Numbered from the stretch's first letter, positions 28,384-38,873 are shown. The stretch is DNA of 64,000 nucleotides from an uncultured Acidobacteriaceae bacterium (GCA_963821295.1 CAWGDB010000007.1:254557-318556), one strand, 5' to 3'. Numbers and translations: made by a program. Notes: generated by a model from the letters alone, not told the origin.

Positions 28384-29097
28384 ATGCGGCTCTCCGCTCT
28401 TGTCATTGTTGTTATTGTCTCCATTCTGTTCCTTTCATCGCCTCTCATCGCGGAACATTCGTCGAGCGGGGGCGGCTCAGCAAGTTCGAGTGGGTCGTCC
28501 AGTTCGGGCGCCTCGCACAGCAGCTTTTCGAGTGGGTCGAGTTCATCAGCTGGCGCGGCGAGCAGCCACAGCTTCAGTTCGTCAGGAACAAGCGCTCGCA
28601 ATTCCGCTTCGCATTTCGCGAGCGCTGGGGCTGCATCCTCGAGAACGCTGCCATTGCCATCCTTCAAAATGTCACCAACAAGTAAGAATGCAGTCCAGGA
28701 AAAGCGCAGCGCGCGCACGTTCTGGCATCCTTTCAGAAAGGCAAAGCCAGTTCTTACCGAATTTCACCGTCCGACACGTTGCCTGAAGCAACCGTGCGCT
28801 TGCCCGCCCGGCGGATCGCGCAAGGGCGCATGCCTGACCACGAGCAACTTCTGTAGCCCGGGACAATCCTGGAACGGAGTTGGCTGCAGCCCGCAATACT
28901 GGTTTCACGACTGCAGCGACCTGGCCCGTCAACTGGAGGCTCAGAGGCAACAAATGCGCGGACGCAATGATCCCGGCCAGAGCCTGGTCTACCGGAACCT
29001 GCAAGACCAGTATGATCAGTGCATGGAGCGCTTTGGGCTGCAGCCCTTCGGTTCTTTTGCGTTTGGCGATGCACTCCTGGCCGACATGGTGCCTTAG
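28384..29097 (+). CDS. secreted Ser-rich low-complexity protein with Cys-rich C-terminal domain
   Basis: Signal/anchor MRLSALVIVVIVSILFLSSPLIA. A roughly 90-aa S/G/A tract follows, then a domain with about 9 Cys (CLKQPCACPPGG...CSPGQSWNGVGCSPQYWFHDC). Start uncertain (28342 or 28384). Confidence 0.5.
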   Translation: MRLSALVIVVIVSILFLSSPLIAEHSSSGGGSASSSGSSSSGASHSSFSSGSSSSAGAASSHSFSSSGTSARNSASHFASAGAASSRTLPLPSFKMSPTSKNAVQEKRSARTFWHPFRKAKPVLTEFHRPTRCLKQPCACPPGGSRKGACLTTSNFCSPGQSWNGVGCSPQYWFHDCSDLARQLEAQRQQMRGRNDPGQSLVYRNLQDQYDQCMERFGLQPFGSFAFGDALLADMVP

Positions 29098-29318
29098 ACG
29101 GTGCGACCCGGTCACTGACCATCCGACATTTGCCGGACAAGCCGGGGGGGGTATCCATTTTGTCGCACCCGGGCGGTAGAATAGTGGCGTTAGAATAGAA
29201 ATGAGCGGCTTGAATTTCATGCCCGGCAGTCTTTTAAATCAAAATAGCAATTGAACTCGACGATGGTGCAGACAAGTTCGTTCGAACATCTGTGTCCAGA
29301 TAATCGTTGTCCTGAGGA

Positions 29319-31121
29319 ATGAATATGGCTACTACTGCGATTCCAAAGACCAAGATTCTTGGCGGCGGCTTCCTGCTCGAAGAACGGCAGACCGCCGAAG
29401 TGTTTACTCCCGAAGATTTTACCGATCAGCACCAGATGATCGGCCAAACCACCGAAGAGTTTGCGGTCAACGAGATTCTTCCGAACGCGGAGAAGATCGA
29501 GCATAAGGATTTCGCCATTTCGCGCGATCTGCTGAAAAAAGCCGGCGAACTCGGCCTGAGCGGGGCCGAAATCCCCGAAGCCTACGGCGGGCTCGAGATG
29601 GACAAGGTAACAGCGGCGGTCATCGCCGACCACATGGCCAAGTATGCCGGTTTCGCCACGACCTGGGGTGCGCACAGCGGCATCGGCTTGTTGCCCATCG
29701 TTTACTTTGGCACCGAAGCGCAGAAGCAAAAGTATCTGCCCCAGCTTGCTGCGGGAGAGATCGTCGGCGCCTATGCCTTGTCGGAAGCCTCTTCCGGTTC
29801 TGATGCCATGAACTGCCGCGCTCGCGCCGAACTTTCGCCGGATGGCAAGCACTACATCCTGAACGGCGAGAAGATGTGGATTACCAACGCCGGCTTCGCG
29901 GACCTGTTCACGGTGTTCGCGAAGGTTAATGGCGAGAAATTCTCCGCGTTCCTCGTCGAAAGAACCTTCCCCGGATTCTCGGTCGGCGCGGAAGAGCACA
30001 AGATGGGCATTCGCGGGTCATCGACCTGCCCGATCATCCTCAATGATTGCAAAGTGCCAGTCGAGAACTTGCTGGGCGAAATCGGCAAAGGCGCGACCAT
30101 CGCCTTCAACATCCTCAACATCGGCCGTTTCAAACTCGGCGCCATGTGTGTAGGAGGCGCGCGCGTGTCGGTCGAGCATGCCGTGGCCTATGCCAAGCAG
30201 CGCAAGGCGTTCGGCAAGGTCATAGGCGACTTCGGACTGGTGCGCGAGAAGATCGCGAATATGGCGACGCTGATTTATGTCGGCGAGTCGCTCGTCTATC
30301 GCACGGTCGGCATGATGGATACGCTGTTGTCGGAGATCGACAAGACGAGTCCGGACGCGTCGAAAGAGATGCGCAAGGCGATCGAGGAGTACGCCGTCGA
30401 GTGCTCCATTCTCAAAGTCTGGGGCTCGGAGATGATCGACTATGTCGTCGACGAGACCGTGCAGATCTATGCGGGCTATGGCTTTGTCGAGGAATATCCG
30501 GCGGAACGCGCCTATCGCGATGCGCGCATCAACCGTATTTTCGAGGGAACCAACGAAATCAACCGGCTCATCATTACGGGGTTCCTGCTGAAGCGAGCCA
30601 TGAGCGGCCAGTTGCCGCTGATGCCGGCGATCAAAAAGCTGATGGACGAAGTGCTGAGTGGGCCCTCGATGGGCGACGAAATCGAAGGGCCGCTGGCCGA
30701 AGAGCGCAAGCAGGTCGCGAACGCCAAGAAGCTGGGACTGTTCGTGTCCGGAGCAGCCACGCAGAAATACATGACGACCATCCAGGATCAGCAGGAAGTG
30801 ATGGGCGCCATCGCCGATATGACGATCGAGATTTACGCCATGGAGTCGGCGGTGTTGCGCGCGCAAAAACTCGTCGAGCAGAAGGGCGAAGGCGCTGCTG
30901 CGTTGCCGATTGCGATGACGCAGGTCTACATGACGCAGGCGCTCGAAAAGATCGAAGCGGCTGCGAAAAAGGTGATCGCCGATGTGGCCGAGGGCGACAT
31001 GCTGCGGACTCAACTGGCAATCGTCCGGCGACTGGCAAAGCACGAGCCGTTCAACACAATTCCGCTGCGCCAGCAGATCGCGCAGAAGACGATGGAGCGG
31101 GGAAAATACTCGCTGATGTAA
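29319..31121 (+). CDS. acyl-CoA dehydrogenase, long (~600 aa) FadE-like form
   Basis: ACAD N, middle and C-terminal domains: YALSEASSGSDA, KMWITNAG, and IYAGYGFVEEYPAERAYRDARINRIFEGTNEINR. An extra C-terminal helical domain is also present. Confidence 0.9.
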   Translation: MNMATTAIPKTKILGGGFLLEERQTAEVFTPEDFTDQHQMIGQTTEEFAVNEILPNAEKIEHKDFAISRDLLKKAGELGLSGAEIPEAYGGLEMDKVTAAVIADHMAKYAGFATTWGAHSGIGLLPIVYFGTEAQKQKYLPQLAAGEIVGAYALSEASSGSDAMNCRARAELSPDGKHYILNGEKMWITNAGFADLFTVFAKVNGEKFSAFLVERTFPGFSVGAEEHKMGIRGSSTCPIILNDCKVPVENLLGEIGKGATIAFNILNIGRFKLGAMCVGGARVSVEHAVAYAKQRKAFGKVIGDFGLVREKIANMATLIYVGESLVYRTVGMMDTLLSEIDKTSPDASKEMRKAIEEYAVECSILKVWGSEMIDYVVDETVQIYAGYGFVEEYPAERAYRDARINRIFEGTNEINRLIITGFLLKRAMSGQLPLMPAIKKLMDEVLSGPSMGDEIEGPLAEERKQVANAKKLGLFVSGAATQKYMTTIQDQQEVMGAIADMTIEIYAMESAVLRAQKLVEQKGEGAAALPIAMTQVYMTQALEKIEAAAKKVIADVAEGDMLRTQLAIVRRLAKHEPFNTIPLRQQIAQKTMERGKYSLM

Positions 31122-31126
31122 CTATC

Positions 31127-31159
31127 CGCGGCGTGATGCGTTGCGTGCAGCACGCCGCG
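31127..31159. terminator. hairpin between convergent genes (possible bidirectional terminator)
   Basis: CGCGGCGTG-(15 nt)-CACGCCGCG, a perfect 9-bp stem followed by TTATCTCTATT. Confidence 0.4.
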
Positions 31160-31168
31160 TTATCTCTA

Positions 31169-31813
31169 TTAATCTTTCGGAAAATTCGGATCCGCCTTGA
31201 CCTCTTCGATCTGCTTGGTGTGCCTCTCGCTGTGTGCTGAAATGAATAGAATCCACTGGTAAGAGTCCAACAGGCCGAATACCGGATGCGGGCCAAAGTG
31301 ATCGCGCAGATCGTCCTGCGTGGTCCTGACATAGTCCATAGTGGCTTTGCGTGCTTCTTCGAAGGCATGGGTGACTTCCTCGCGATTGGCCCAGCGTCCG
31401 GTGGGCCTAAGAAACTCGGGCGCTTGCGCCTTGTGGGTCCTGTCGGGCACCATTTTCAGAACCTGCTCGTCCGTAACTTTCACTGCGGCGCGCTTTTCGG
31501 GCATGGCTGGGCCGGCCATGAATTTTTGCCGTACTATACCGAAAATAGACGACTCAGCTACCGCTATGTGTTCTGAGACCTCCGCTGCGGACCAGCGGTC
31601 GGGAGCGGGCTTGAACCTCCATTGTTTTTCGGAGAGGCCCGCGATCGACGCCAGAAATGCGTCGTGCGTCGCCTGAAGGCTCTTAAGAGCGGCGTCGCGC
31701 TCTTCCGAAGTGATCGTCGTGGAAGCGGGCGTGGCGGTCTGCGCCACCGAGAAGCCGATACCGATAAGACAGAATGCCACTAAAGAAAGCAAGGGGGATA
31801 GCGCGAACTTCAT
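31169..31813 (-). CDS. secreted DinB-family (DinB_2) metalloprotein
   Basis: Signal peptide. His-containing DinB motifs WSAAEVSEHIAVAE and FISAHSERHTKQIEEV. Confidence 0.75.
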   Translation of the reverse strand: MKFALSPLLSLVAFCLIGIGFSVAQTATPASTTITSEERDAALKSLQATHDAFLASIAGLSEKQWRFKPAPDRWSAAEVSEHIAVAESSIFGIVRQKFMAGPAMPEKRAAVKVTDEQVLKMVPDRTHKAQAPEFLRPTGRWANREEVTHAFEEARKATMDYVRTTQDDLRDHFGPHPVFGLLDSYQWILFISAHSERHTKQIEEVKADPNFPKD

Positions 31814-31910
31814 GGTTCCTCCGATTCGGATCGTTAGTTTAACTGAAAGTTTCAGCGAGCCGTTCAGGAAGGCCGCTGAGACTTCACGAACGGCTCACCT
31901 TGCCGATGTT

Positions 31911-32672
31911 TTACTTGCCTGGAATGTAGCTCAAATCCGCCCGAAACTCGACAATTTCGCTGTAGGTGTGATCGATCGAGCCGTTGAGCCTCTCAATTAC
32001 CGACATGGCTTCCTGCTCACCAAATGCTTCCCGTAGCACATCGCGCAGCGGCTTGATGGCGGGATCGTCCTCGAAAGAAGCCCAGTTGGCATGGTCCACC
32101 AGAAGAGCGTATGTGCCTCCGGGCCCGCCGTTGGCAAGTCTTACCCAGTTGTAGTGGAAGGGCCACTTGGTTTTTTCCGCGGCGTCGTGCATGCGTGCGA
32201 TCGCGCTGCGGAAATCGTCGCCTTTGCCATACCGGAGGTGAAAGGTCGTGACGCTGGTGTATTTGGCGCCCATGTCGCGGCTCGGATTGCTCACCTTGGG
32301 CATCGTTTCATAGTAGGAAGCGGTGCGGGTCTCCACGTAGGGAGCGATCACCTTGTTGTACTCCTCTTCATCGGCGGCATCGGGAACGGAGGGCTTGTCG
32401 AGATCCGCCCAGTGCATCCCATCCCGTCCCACGATGTAGGAGCCGGTGTGCTCGCCGGTGAGCACCTGCAGAACCCACAGCATCTGCGAATCTTTCTGCT
32501 CCTTGTGCCATGCGACCTTCGCCTTGCGGCCTGCTTCGTATTGCTGAATCATGCCATTCTTGGGTGTTTGAAATTCCAGTGAGGTGACAGTGCTCTTGTC
32601 TCCCTGCGCGACTGCCGAAAGCGCAGCCAGCAACATGCTGACGCTGACTGATAGGACCGTAGTCAATTTCAT
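31911..32672 (-). CDS. secreted hypothetical protein
   Basis: The internal ATG at 32672 gives the signal peptide MKLTTVLSVSVSMLLAALSAVAQG. No motif recognised. Confidence 0.55.
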   Translation of the reverse strand: MKLTTVLSVSVSMLLAALSAVAQGDKSTVTSLEFQTPKNGMIQQYEAGRKAKVAWHKEQKDSQMLWVLQVLTGEHTGSYIVGRDGMHWADLDKPSVPDAADEEEYNKVIAPYVETRTASYYETMPKVSNPSRDMGAKYTSVTTFHLRYGKGDDFRSAIARMHDAAEKTKWPFHYNWVRLANGGPGGTYALLVDHANWASFEDDPAIKPLRDVLREAFGEQEAMSVIERLNGSIDHTYSEIVEFRADLSYIPGK

Positions 32673-33005
32673 CTCTCTCCTCCAAATTGTGGATTGGAAT
32701 CCGGCGATGCGAAATGCGCCGGAGTCTACTTTCAGGGCCTGGAAAACAGCCGCCATTCTACACACATTTCACTCGCGTGGGGGTGGATGTCGGCTACGGA
32801 CTGAAACCGGGAAGACTAGTTCAAGGCAGGGGAGCGCAGGCCAGGCTCCTCGCTTACCGTTTACCCTGCACGCCAGAAGCTGGCTCCGGAAGTTGCCCAG
32901 AAGTCCTCTTCGACGAGATCGCCCTTAATCTTCTCCAAGGATCCAGGTACTTGCCCACTTTCTGGGGCAGAGAATTTAGGCTACTATGCGCCTGTAGGTG
33001 CAGTC

Positions 33006-34181
33006 ATGGGAAGCTCAGCTGGGAAGTTGCGGTTGCGGAGGCGAGCGGTCACCATTGCCTTCGCCTCTTTTGAAATATGTCTTCTACAGTTCTTCATTTG
33101 GGTAATGGGCGCCTGTAATTCGAACCCAGGGCCCCCGGCCGCCTTGACCATGGAGAAGGCAACCGATCTTGGAACGATACAGACCAATCCAGATATCCTC
33201 GGCAGGGATGGCGGATACAGCGCTGTATTTCATGGCTATTCCGTATGGCTCTACGGAGACACGTTCCTGGCCAATCCCAACGCCAATGGCCGCGGGTTGA
33301 TCAGCGATTCCTGGTCCTTCACGACGGATCTCAACGTCCAAGACGGCATCACCGGCTTTCAAGAACGGCTGGATTCCGCCGGCGCGCCCAGTATGATTCT
33401 GGTCGAGACGACGGCGGAGTTTGCATTCAACCAGGCACACAATGGCGATCCATGCCAGGAGCAGCCTTGTGGCGCTCGCTGGGCCCTGTGGCCTATGTCG
33501 ATCGTTACCGATCCGACCAGCAATCAGGCGCTGGTTTTCTATATGGTCGTTTATGCGCAGCCCGGGAGTTTCAACTTCCAGGGTGTAGGCAGCTCCGTCG
33601 CACTGTGGCAAGACTTTACCCAATCGCCGGTGCGGCCCACATTCAATCCTCCCATTGTGGCCGACCATCCTGACTTGATGTTCAACCAGAACGAACCCGG
33701 TTTCGGTTCGGCGGCTATCATTAGCGGTGGGACGCTCTATGCCTATGGTTGCGATTACTCCGATGGCTGCAAGTTGGGCAAAGTCGCCCCATCGAGTGTC
33801 CAAACTCGCAGCGCCTGGAGTTTCTACGCCGGCAACGGCAACTGGTCTTCGCAAATCGGCGATGCCATTTCTGTATTTGCTGACGCCAATATTCTGAGTG
33901 TCTCGTGGAATAGTTTTCTGCAGCAATACATTGCCGTCTACAGCCCCGCCTTCTCACAAAATGTCGTGCTGCGGACATCGCCCAATCCAGAAGGCCCGTG
34001 GTCGCGCGAAGTTACCGCATTCGTTGCCATGCAACCGGCGTCTGGAAATGTCTACGACGCGCATGCGCATTCCGAATATGACGCGAACGACGGGCAGACG
34101 ATTTTCGTAACCTACTCGCGCGCTACTGGCACGTTCACGAGCGAAGTTCGCCTGGTCTCAGTCCAACTGCAGCGTCAGTAG
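33006..34181 (+). CDS. secreted/lipoprotein DUF4185-like beta-propeller protein
   Basis: Possible lipobox WVMGAC. GRDGGYSAVFHGYSVWLYGDTFL resembles the DUF4185 N-terminal signature. The family assignment is from memory only. Confidence 0.5.
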   Translation: MGSSAGKLRLRRRAVTIAFASFEICLLQFFIWVMGACNSNPGPPAALTMEKATDLGTIQTNPDILGRDGGYSAVFHGYSVWLYGDTFLANPNANGRGLISDSWSFTTDLNVQDGITGFQERLDSAGAPSMILVETTAEFAFNQAHNGDPCQEQPCGARWALWPMSIVTDPTSNQALVFYMVVYAQPGSFNFQGVGSSVALWQDFTQSPVRPTFNPPIVADHPDLMFNQNEPGFGSAAIISGGTLYAYGCDYSDGCKLGKVAPSSVQTRSAWSFYAGNGNWSSQIGDAISVFADANILSVSWNSFLQQYIAVYSPAFSQNVVLRTSPNPEGPWSREVTAFVAMQPASGNVYDAHAHSEYDANDGQTIFVTYSRATGTFTSEVRLVSVQLQRQ

Positions 34182-34243
34182 GATAGACATGACGACCTCA
34201 TGGAGGATGGTGCGGGGAATCATCTCAACTACCACAACTCATC

Positions 34244-35494
34244 TCATGCCAGCGCCGCGAGCAACCTGTCGATATCTTTCATATCATTGAACACAGAAGG
34301 TGATATCCGGATGTAGCGTTCGGAAACGCGTGCGTTGACGCCGGCTTTCTGAAGCCGCTGTCGCACCGTTTTGTGGTCCTTCACGGCGAAGGTTACGAGC
34401 GCCGAGGTCGATTCCGGCGGCGTTAGAGGCTGGAATCCAAGTCGCGGCATTTCTTCTTGCAGGCGCTTCAGCATGGGCTGCCGGTACGCCATGATATTTT
34501 CTGCGCCCAGTTTACGGATGTAAGGCAGGGATTGCGCCAGCACATGTGCGGCGCCGATTGCAGGCGTGCCGACTTCAAAATGTCCGGATGCGTTATTCTC
34601 AAGCGCGAATGAGTACGCTGCAGGGTTGGGCGGATCACCCGGAAGAAAATGCGATTCCATCGTGCTGGCCTGGTAGTAGCCGTATTGCGATCGCTGAACG
34701 ACACGGTCGAGCAGACCTTCCTTTACGAAAAGAAAGCCCAAGCCGAAATCGGCCATGAGCCATTTAAAACTGGAGCAGGCGCAGAAATCGACGCCGCTGG
34801 CGCGGACATCGATTGGAGTATTCCCAGCGGCCTGTACGATGTCGGCATACACATAGGCGTCGTGCGCGTGCGCAAGATCGCAGACTGCCTTCAAATCATG
34901 CTGAAAACCGTTGTGCATCGCCACCAGCGAAACTTCGATCAACTTGGTTCTTTTGTCGACTACGCGCTCCAGGTCTTTCAAGTCGATCCGCCAATCGCGC
35001 GGCATTACGACCCGGAGATCGAGGCCAAATCGTTGTTGAAGCGCCTGAAGATGCAAAAGCGCACCCTCAAAATGCAGCGCGTCGGTAACAACGTTGTCGG
35101 ACTTATAGTCAATGTCCAGCCCATTCACGATCAGATTCTCGCCGGTGCTGGTGTTCGGGACATAACTGATCTCCGATTCCTTGGCATTGATCAGCCCTGC
35201 AAATTCAGCTTTGATGTTGATCAGTTTCTTAGGCTGGGATACGACCTGCGGTTGGGAGCGAAAGTCCGCCCATTCGCGCAGCGCTGCCGCCGCCGCCACT
35301 GGCATCGGATGGGTATAGGCGCTGTTGATGTAGGACACGCCATCGGGAATCGCGAAATCCTGCTTCGCCGGCAGAGAAGGTGCTGTGTGAGTCGAGGAAG
35401 TTGCCGGCGAATTCGTGATGGAATTCAAGGGAGCTGCAATTCCGGCAGCTGCCAGAGTGCCGAGACCTGCCAGGATTTCGCGCCGGCTAATCAT
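34244..35494 (-). CDS. class V aminotransferase-fold PLP enzyme with twin-arginine (Tat) signal
   Basis: MISRREILAGLGTLAAAGIAAPL fits S-R-R-x-[FI]-L. The PLP-Lys region is FCACSSFKWLMADFGLGFLFV. The ATG at 35494 is preferred over 35536. Confidence 0.75.
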   Translation of the reverse strand: MISRREILAGLGTLAAAGIAAPLNSITNSPATSSTHTAPSLPAKQDFAIPDGVSYINSAYTHPMPVAAAAALREWADFRSQPQVVSQPKKLINIKAEFAGLINAKESEISYVPNTSTGENLIVNGLDIDYKSDNVVTDALHFEGALLHLQALQQRFGLDLRVVMPRDWRIDLKDLERVVDKRTKLIEVSLVAMHNGFQHDLKAVCDLAHAHDAYVYADIVQAAGNTPIDVRASGVDFCACSSFKWLMADFGLGFLFVKEGLLDRVVQRSQYGYYQASTMESHFLPGDPPNPAAYSFALENNASGHFEVGTPAIGAAHVLAQSLPYIRKLGAENIMAYRQPMLKRLQEEMPRLGFQPLTPPESTSALVTFAVKDHKTVRQRLQKAGVNARVSERYIRISPSVFNDMKDIDRLLAALA

Positions 35495-35581
35495 GAATGG
35501 TGTTCCTCGGTAACGTCGCCGAGTTTTTTTCGACAAGCATAATGATTTCGCATAATCGGTCTCCCTGCCAGCAGTTTTATT

Positions 35582-37156
35582 TCAGGGAGAATTATGGCCT
35601 GCCGTTACAAATGCCCGAACGTCGCGAGCCAGCATCTGACGCCCCTCAGTGCCAAGATAGGGCATGTGCCCGGAAGGATAGAGATGCATCTCCGTAGCAG
35701 CCATCGGGATGCGAGCGTGAGCGATGACATAGTCGGCTGAACCGAGCGGCGTGACCAGATCGTAATAGCCTTCCCCTACCATCAACCGTAAATGCGGATT
35801 GCGCCGCATGGCAATGCTAAGATCATCTGCGTAGTTAGTGTCGCCGCCCGCGCCCGGGCCACGGCCGTAATCCCATCGGCCATTGACCGCGCGAAAAGAG
35901 ATAGGCTCATAAGTCTCGTCAATTGACACCCCGAGCTCGTCGCGGGCATACATGTTGTAGCTGGCAACGAAGCCGGGGACGTATTGACCCATGGCCGGAT
36001 CGTCGGCCACAGGATCTTTGCCGTTTGGTGAGAGCGGAAGCGTATAGCGCGCGTCATAGAGCCCGACCTGCTCCCCGCGGTCTTTTAATATCTCCTGCGC
36101 GAACGCCGGCGCATGAATCCGCAAATCGTTCCGGCGAATGTAATCGGGCGAAAGACCGGTAAGCGCCGCCAGCCGAGCCGCGATCGCGTCCCGTTCAGCC
36201 GAGGGCAGATCGCTTCCTTTGTAGAGCGCCTTGAAATATTCATCGGCAGCGAACTTTTTGGCTTCCGCTACTTGGTTAGCCGCGGTGCAGCCAGCGGCTG
36301 CTTTGCCGTGATAGCACGCCGTAGCTGCGAGCGTTGGCAGCAGGTTGAGATACCCGCCGTCTTCTCCGGCCGAGCCTTTGAAGTCCATTGCCTGGCCCAG
36401 AAGAATGATCCCGTTTAGAGTCATCCCATCCATGTTGCCAGTCTCGGTAGGTCCGCCTGCCATTAGTCGCGAGACAACAGCAGCGCGAATTGTGCCATAA
36501 CTCTCCGCCACCAGATATTTCGGTGAGTTCCAACGCTCGTTTTCCCTTACCCAGCGTTCGATAAGCTCAACGGTCATCTTGGCGTCCTGCTGAGTGCCGT
36601 AGAATTCCTCAGGCTTGCCGTCGGGAAGGACGCGGCTGAAACCTGTTCCCGGTGGATCAATCAGCACGATGTCCGCAACATCGAGAGGGCTCTCTGTGTT
36701 ATCCACAATGCGAAAAGGCGGAACCGTTTCCGGCTTTACTACGTCAGTGAAGTCGATCCGGCGCGGTCCCAGAAAACCCATCTGCAGCCAAACCGATGAC
36801 GACCCCGGTCCGCCGTTGAAGGCGAATATCACGGGACGACTCGTTCCTTTTGGAACATCGGTGCGGATGTAGCTCGTCGTTAAGACGCTGGCGGTGCGCT
36901 TTCCCGCTGGATCTGTGGTGAAGTTTTCGGCCACAACTGCCTTGTAGCGTATCTGCTGTCCGCCGAAAATGCCCTGGTGGTTCGTCTCAAAACGTCGCGG
37001 TGGGGCAAGGGTCTTCTGGGCTCCTTCCACACCCGTGGACTTGAGAACCTCGGGAGGGACCGCCTGCGCTGCCATAACAGGGAAAACCAACAGGTTCAGG
37101 ATTATTCCCAGGTTCAGAAATATTCCAATGATCGAGCACATTATCGTGTGTCGCAT
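35582..37156 (-). CDS. S10-family serine carboxypeptidase paralogue A
   Basis: Signal peptide. Nucleophile motif YLVAESYGTIRAA. C-terminal His motif LYPSGHMPYL. Confidence 0.8.
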   Translation of the reverse strand: MRHTIMCSIIGIFLNLGIILNLLVFPVMAAQAVPPEVLKSTGVEGAQKTLAPPRRFETNHQGIFGGQQIRYKAVVAENFTTDPAGKRTASVLTTSYIRTDVPKGTSRPVIFAFNGGPGSSSVWLQMGFLGPRRIDFTDVVKPETVPPFRIVDNTESPLDVADIVLIDPPGTGFSRVLPDGKPEEFYGTQQDAKMTVELIERWVRENERWNSPKYLVAESYGTIRAAVVSRLMAGGPTETGNMDGMTLNGIILLGQAMDFKGSAGEDGGYLNLLPTLAATACYHGKAAAGCTAANQVAEAKKFAADEYFKALYKGSDLPSAERDAIAARLAALTGLSPDYIRRNDLRIHAPAFAQEILKDRGEQVGLYDARYTLPLSPNGKDPVADDPAMGQYVPGFVASYNMYARDELGVSIDETYEPISFRAVNGRWDYGRGPGAGGDTNYADDLSIAMRRNPHLRLMVGEGYYDLVTPLGSADYVIAHARIPMAATEMHLYPSGHMPYLGTEGRQMLARDVRAFVTAGHNSP

Positions 37157-38706
37157 CCCGTGTCTCCTCCCCGTTTCTCACCCATTCGCGATGCAACGGC
37201 CTTACTGGTAGATGTAACAAGTGTCCGTACATCACCGGTAAATTTCCTGGCGCTGCGCTCTACGGTGTAGGCCATGTGCCCGCCCTCATAAAAAGAAAAA
37301 GTGGCTCGGCCTTCCGGCCAACCGGACTGCCGCACAGCATATTCCGCAGCTCCAACTGTCGTTTGCGTGTCGTGATAACCATTGCCGATCAAGACGTGGA
37401 AACGTGGATTAGCTTTCATCATCATCATGAGGCGGTCGCTATACGGCCAATCGGCAAAAGGGCCGCTGCCGCCCCATTTCCATCCATCCAATTCCGCCCC
37501 TTTAAAAAGGACATATTCGTCAGTCCAGTCGATGCCCAGATCGTTGCGAACATACTCTCCGAAAAGACGCCGGAATGCCGGCATGATCTTGTCCGATGGA
37601 TCTGCTGCCAGCCCTTTGCTTGTCATTGGGGCAACGTAGCGGCCGTCGTTGCGACCGAGTAGCAGCCCGCGATCTTTAAGTAGCTCACCGCGATATTCTT
37701 CCTTACTGATGCGAAGGCCATGCTCGCGGTAATACGCCGCAGGAATACCGCTCAGTTCCTCAAGCCGCTTGGCTACTCGATCCCGTTCCGCTGGTTCGAT
37801 GGAATCCCCTTTGAAAAGCGCCGTCAGATAGTCGGTCTGCGCAAAGCCCCATGCTTCACGCTCGAACTCTTCAAATGTCTTGTCTCCACGGCCAACCTTC
37901 TGGTGATACCAGCCCAGTGCCGCCAGGGTCGGCAGCGAGACGGCATAGCTGATAATGTTCTGCGGCCGCTGGCGGTATTCGATGATGTTGATTGCCTGCC
38001 CCATCAGCACGACGCCTTGCAGCAGGATTGGCTTTGGCAATTCGGCAAGTTGGGCCGCAACTTCCGCGGCGCGAATGGTGCCGTAACTCTCGCCAAGCAC
38101 GTAAGCCGGTGACGACAGGCGGCCATGCTGCGTCAGCCACGCGGAGATAAATGCCGTTACTTGCTGCCCATCCGCGGCGACGGAGAAATAACTCTCCGGC
38201 GCAGTGCCAGGCAGTACGCGGCTGTAGCCCGTCGAAGCTGGATCGATAAATACAAGATCGGTGGCGTCCAGCGGCGAATAAACGTTGTCCACTAATCGGT
38301 AAGTATTCGGATCCGCGGTCAGATCGTCGGGGACAGCTACGCGCTTCGGTCCCATCACTCCGATGTGCAGCCACAACGACGCTGTAATCGGTCCTCCGTT
38401 GAAAACAAACATTACCGGTCGTGCTGCCGCGTTCCCCAGATCATCGGCGGTATAGGCGAAGCTCACCAGTCGCGCCGCAGGTCTGCCCTTCATGTCGGCA
38501 ACATCGATCGCCTCCACCGTCGCCGTGTATCGGATTTCCTCGCCGTTGAAGGTTCCGGTGTGGTGAGTAATTACCGTCGGGTGAGAGACAACCTGCGCAG
38601 CTGCCGGAAGGGCCGTTGTTTGCCCATGCGCAGTTTGGCCTATGGCGGGAGATAATACGAATATTGCTACCAGCAATGCAATAAAACCGGTAGTTCGTCT
38701 GCCCAT
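37141..38706 (-). CDS. S10-family serine carboxypeptidase paralogue B
   Basis: The internal ATG at 38706 gives the signal peptide MGRRTTGFIALLVAIFVLSPAIG. Motifs: YVLGESYGTIRAA and FYEGGHMAYT. Confidence 0.8.
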   Translation of the reverse strand: MGRRTTGFIALLVAIFVLSPAIGQTAHGQTTALPAAAQVVSHPTVITHHTGTFNGEEIRYTATVEAIDVADMKGRPAARLVSFAYTADDLGNAAARPVMFVFNGGPITASLWLHIGVMGPKRVAVPDDLTADPNTYRLVDNVYSPLDATDLVFIDPASTGYSRVLPGTAPESYFSVAADGQQVTAFISAWLTQHGRLSSPAYVLGESYGTIRAAEVAAQLAELPKPILLQGVVLMGQAINIIEYRQRPQNIISYAVSLPTLAALGWYHQKVGRGDKTFEEFEREAWGFAQTDYLTALFKGDSIEPAERDRVAKRLEELSGIPAAYYREHGLRISKEEYRGELLKDRGLLLGRNDGRYVAPMTSKGLAADPSDKIMPAFRRLFGEYVRNDLGIDWTDEYVLFKGAELDGWKWGGSGPFADWPYSDRLMMMMKANPRFHVLIGNGYHDTQTTVGAAEYAVRQSGWPEGRATFSFYEGGHMAYTVERSARKFTGDVRTLVTSTSKAVASRMGEKRGGDTGCDTR

Positions 38707-38873
38707 CTTCGATACGCTATCCAGCTGGCCGTTCCCTCCTGATTTCATTAGTCGCATTTCGGAGTTAGCGTCCGCATGACGCTGACACACATCCCGACCT
38801 CCAGCATGCTCCTGTATGTATCGCCTTTCGAAAGACCCTGGCTGCCTTAAGTCATAACAAACGCCCGCCCGGC

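Noticed and set aside
29276-29287. GTTCG-TT-CGAAC palindrome upstream of the acyl-CoA dehydrogenase gene, considered as a possible TetR/FadR-type operator
   Set aside because: The arms are only 5 bp with no extension. There is no adjacent regulator gene, and it is too short to distinguish from chance.
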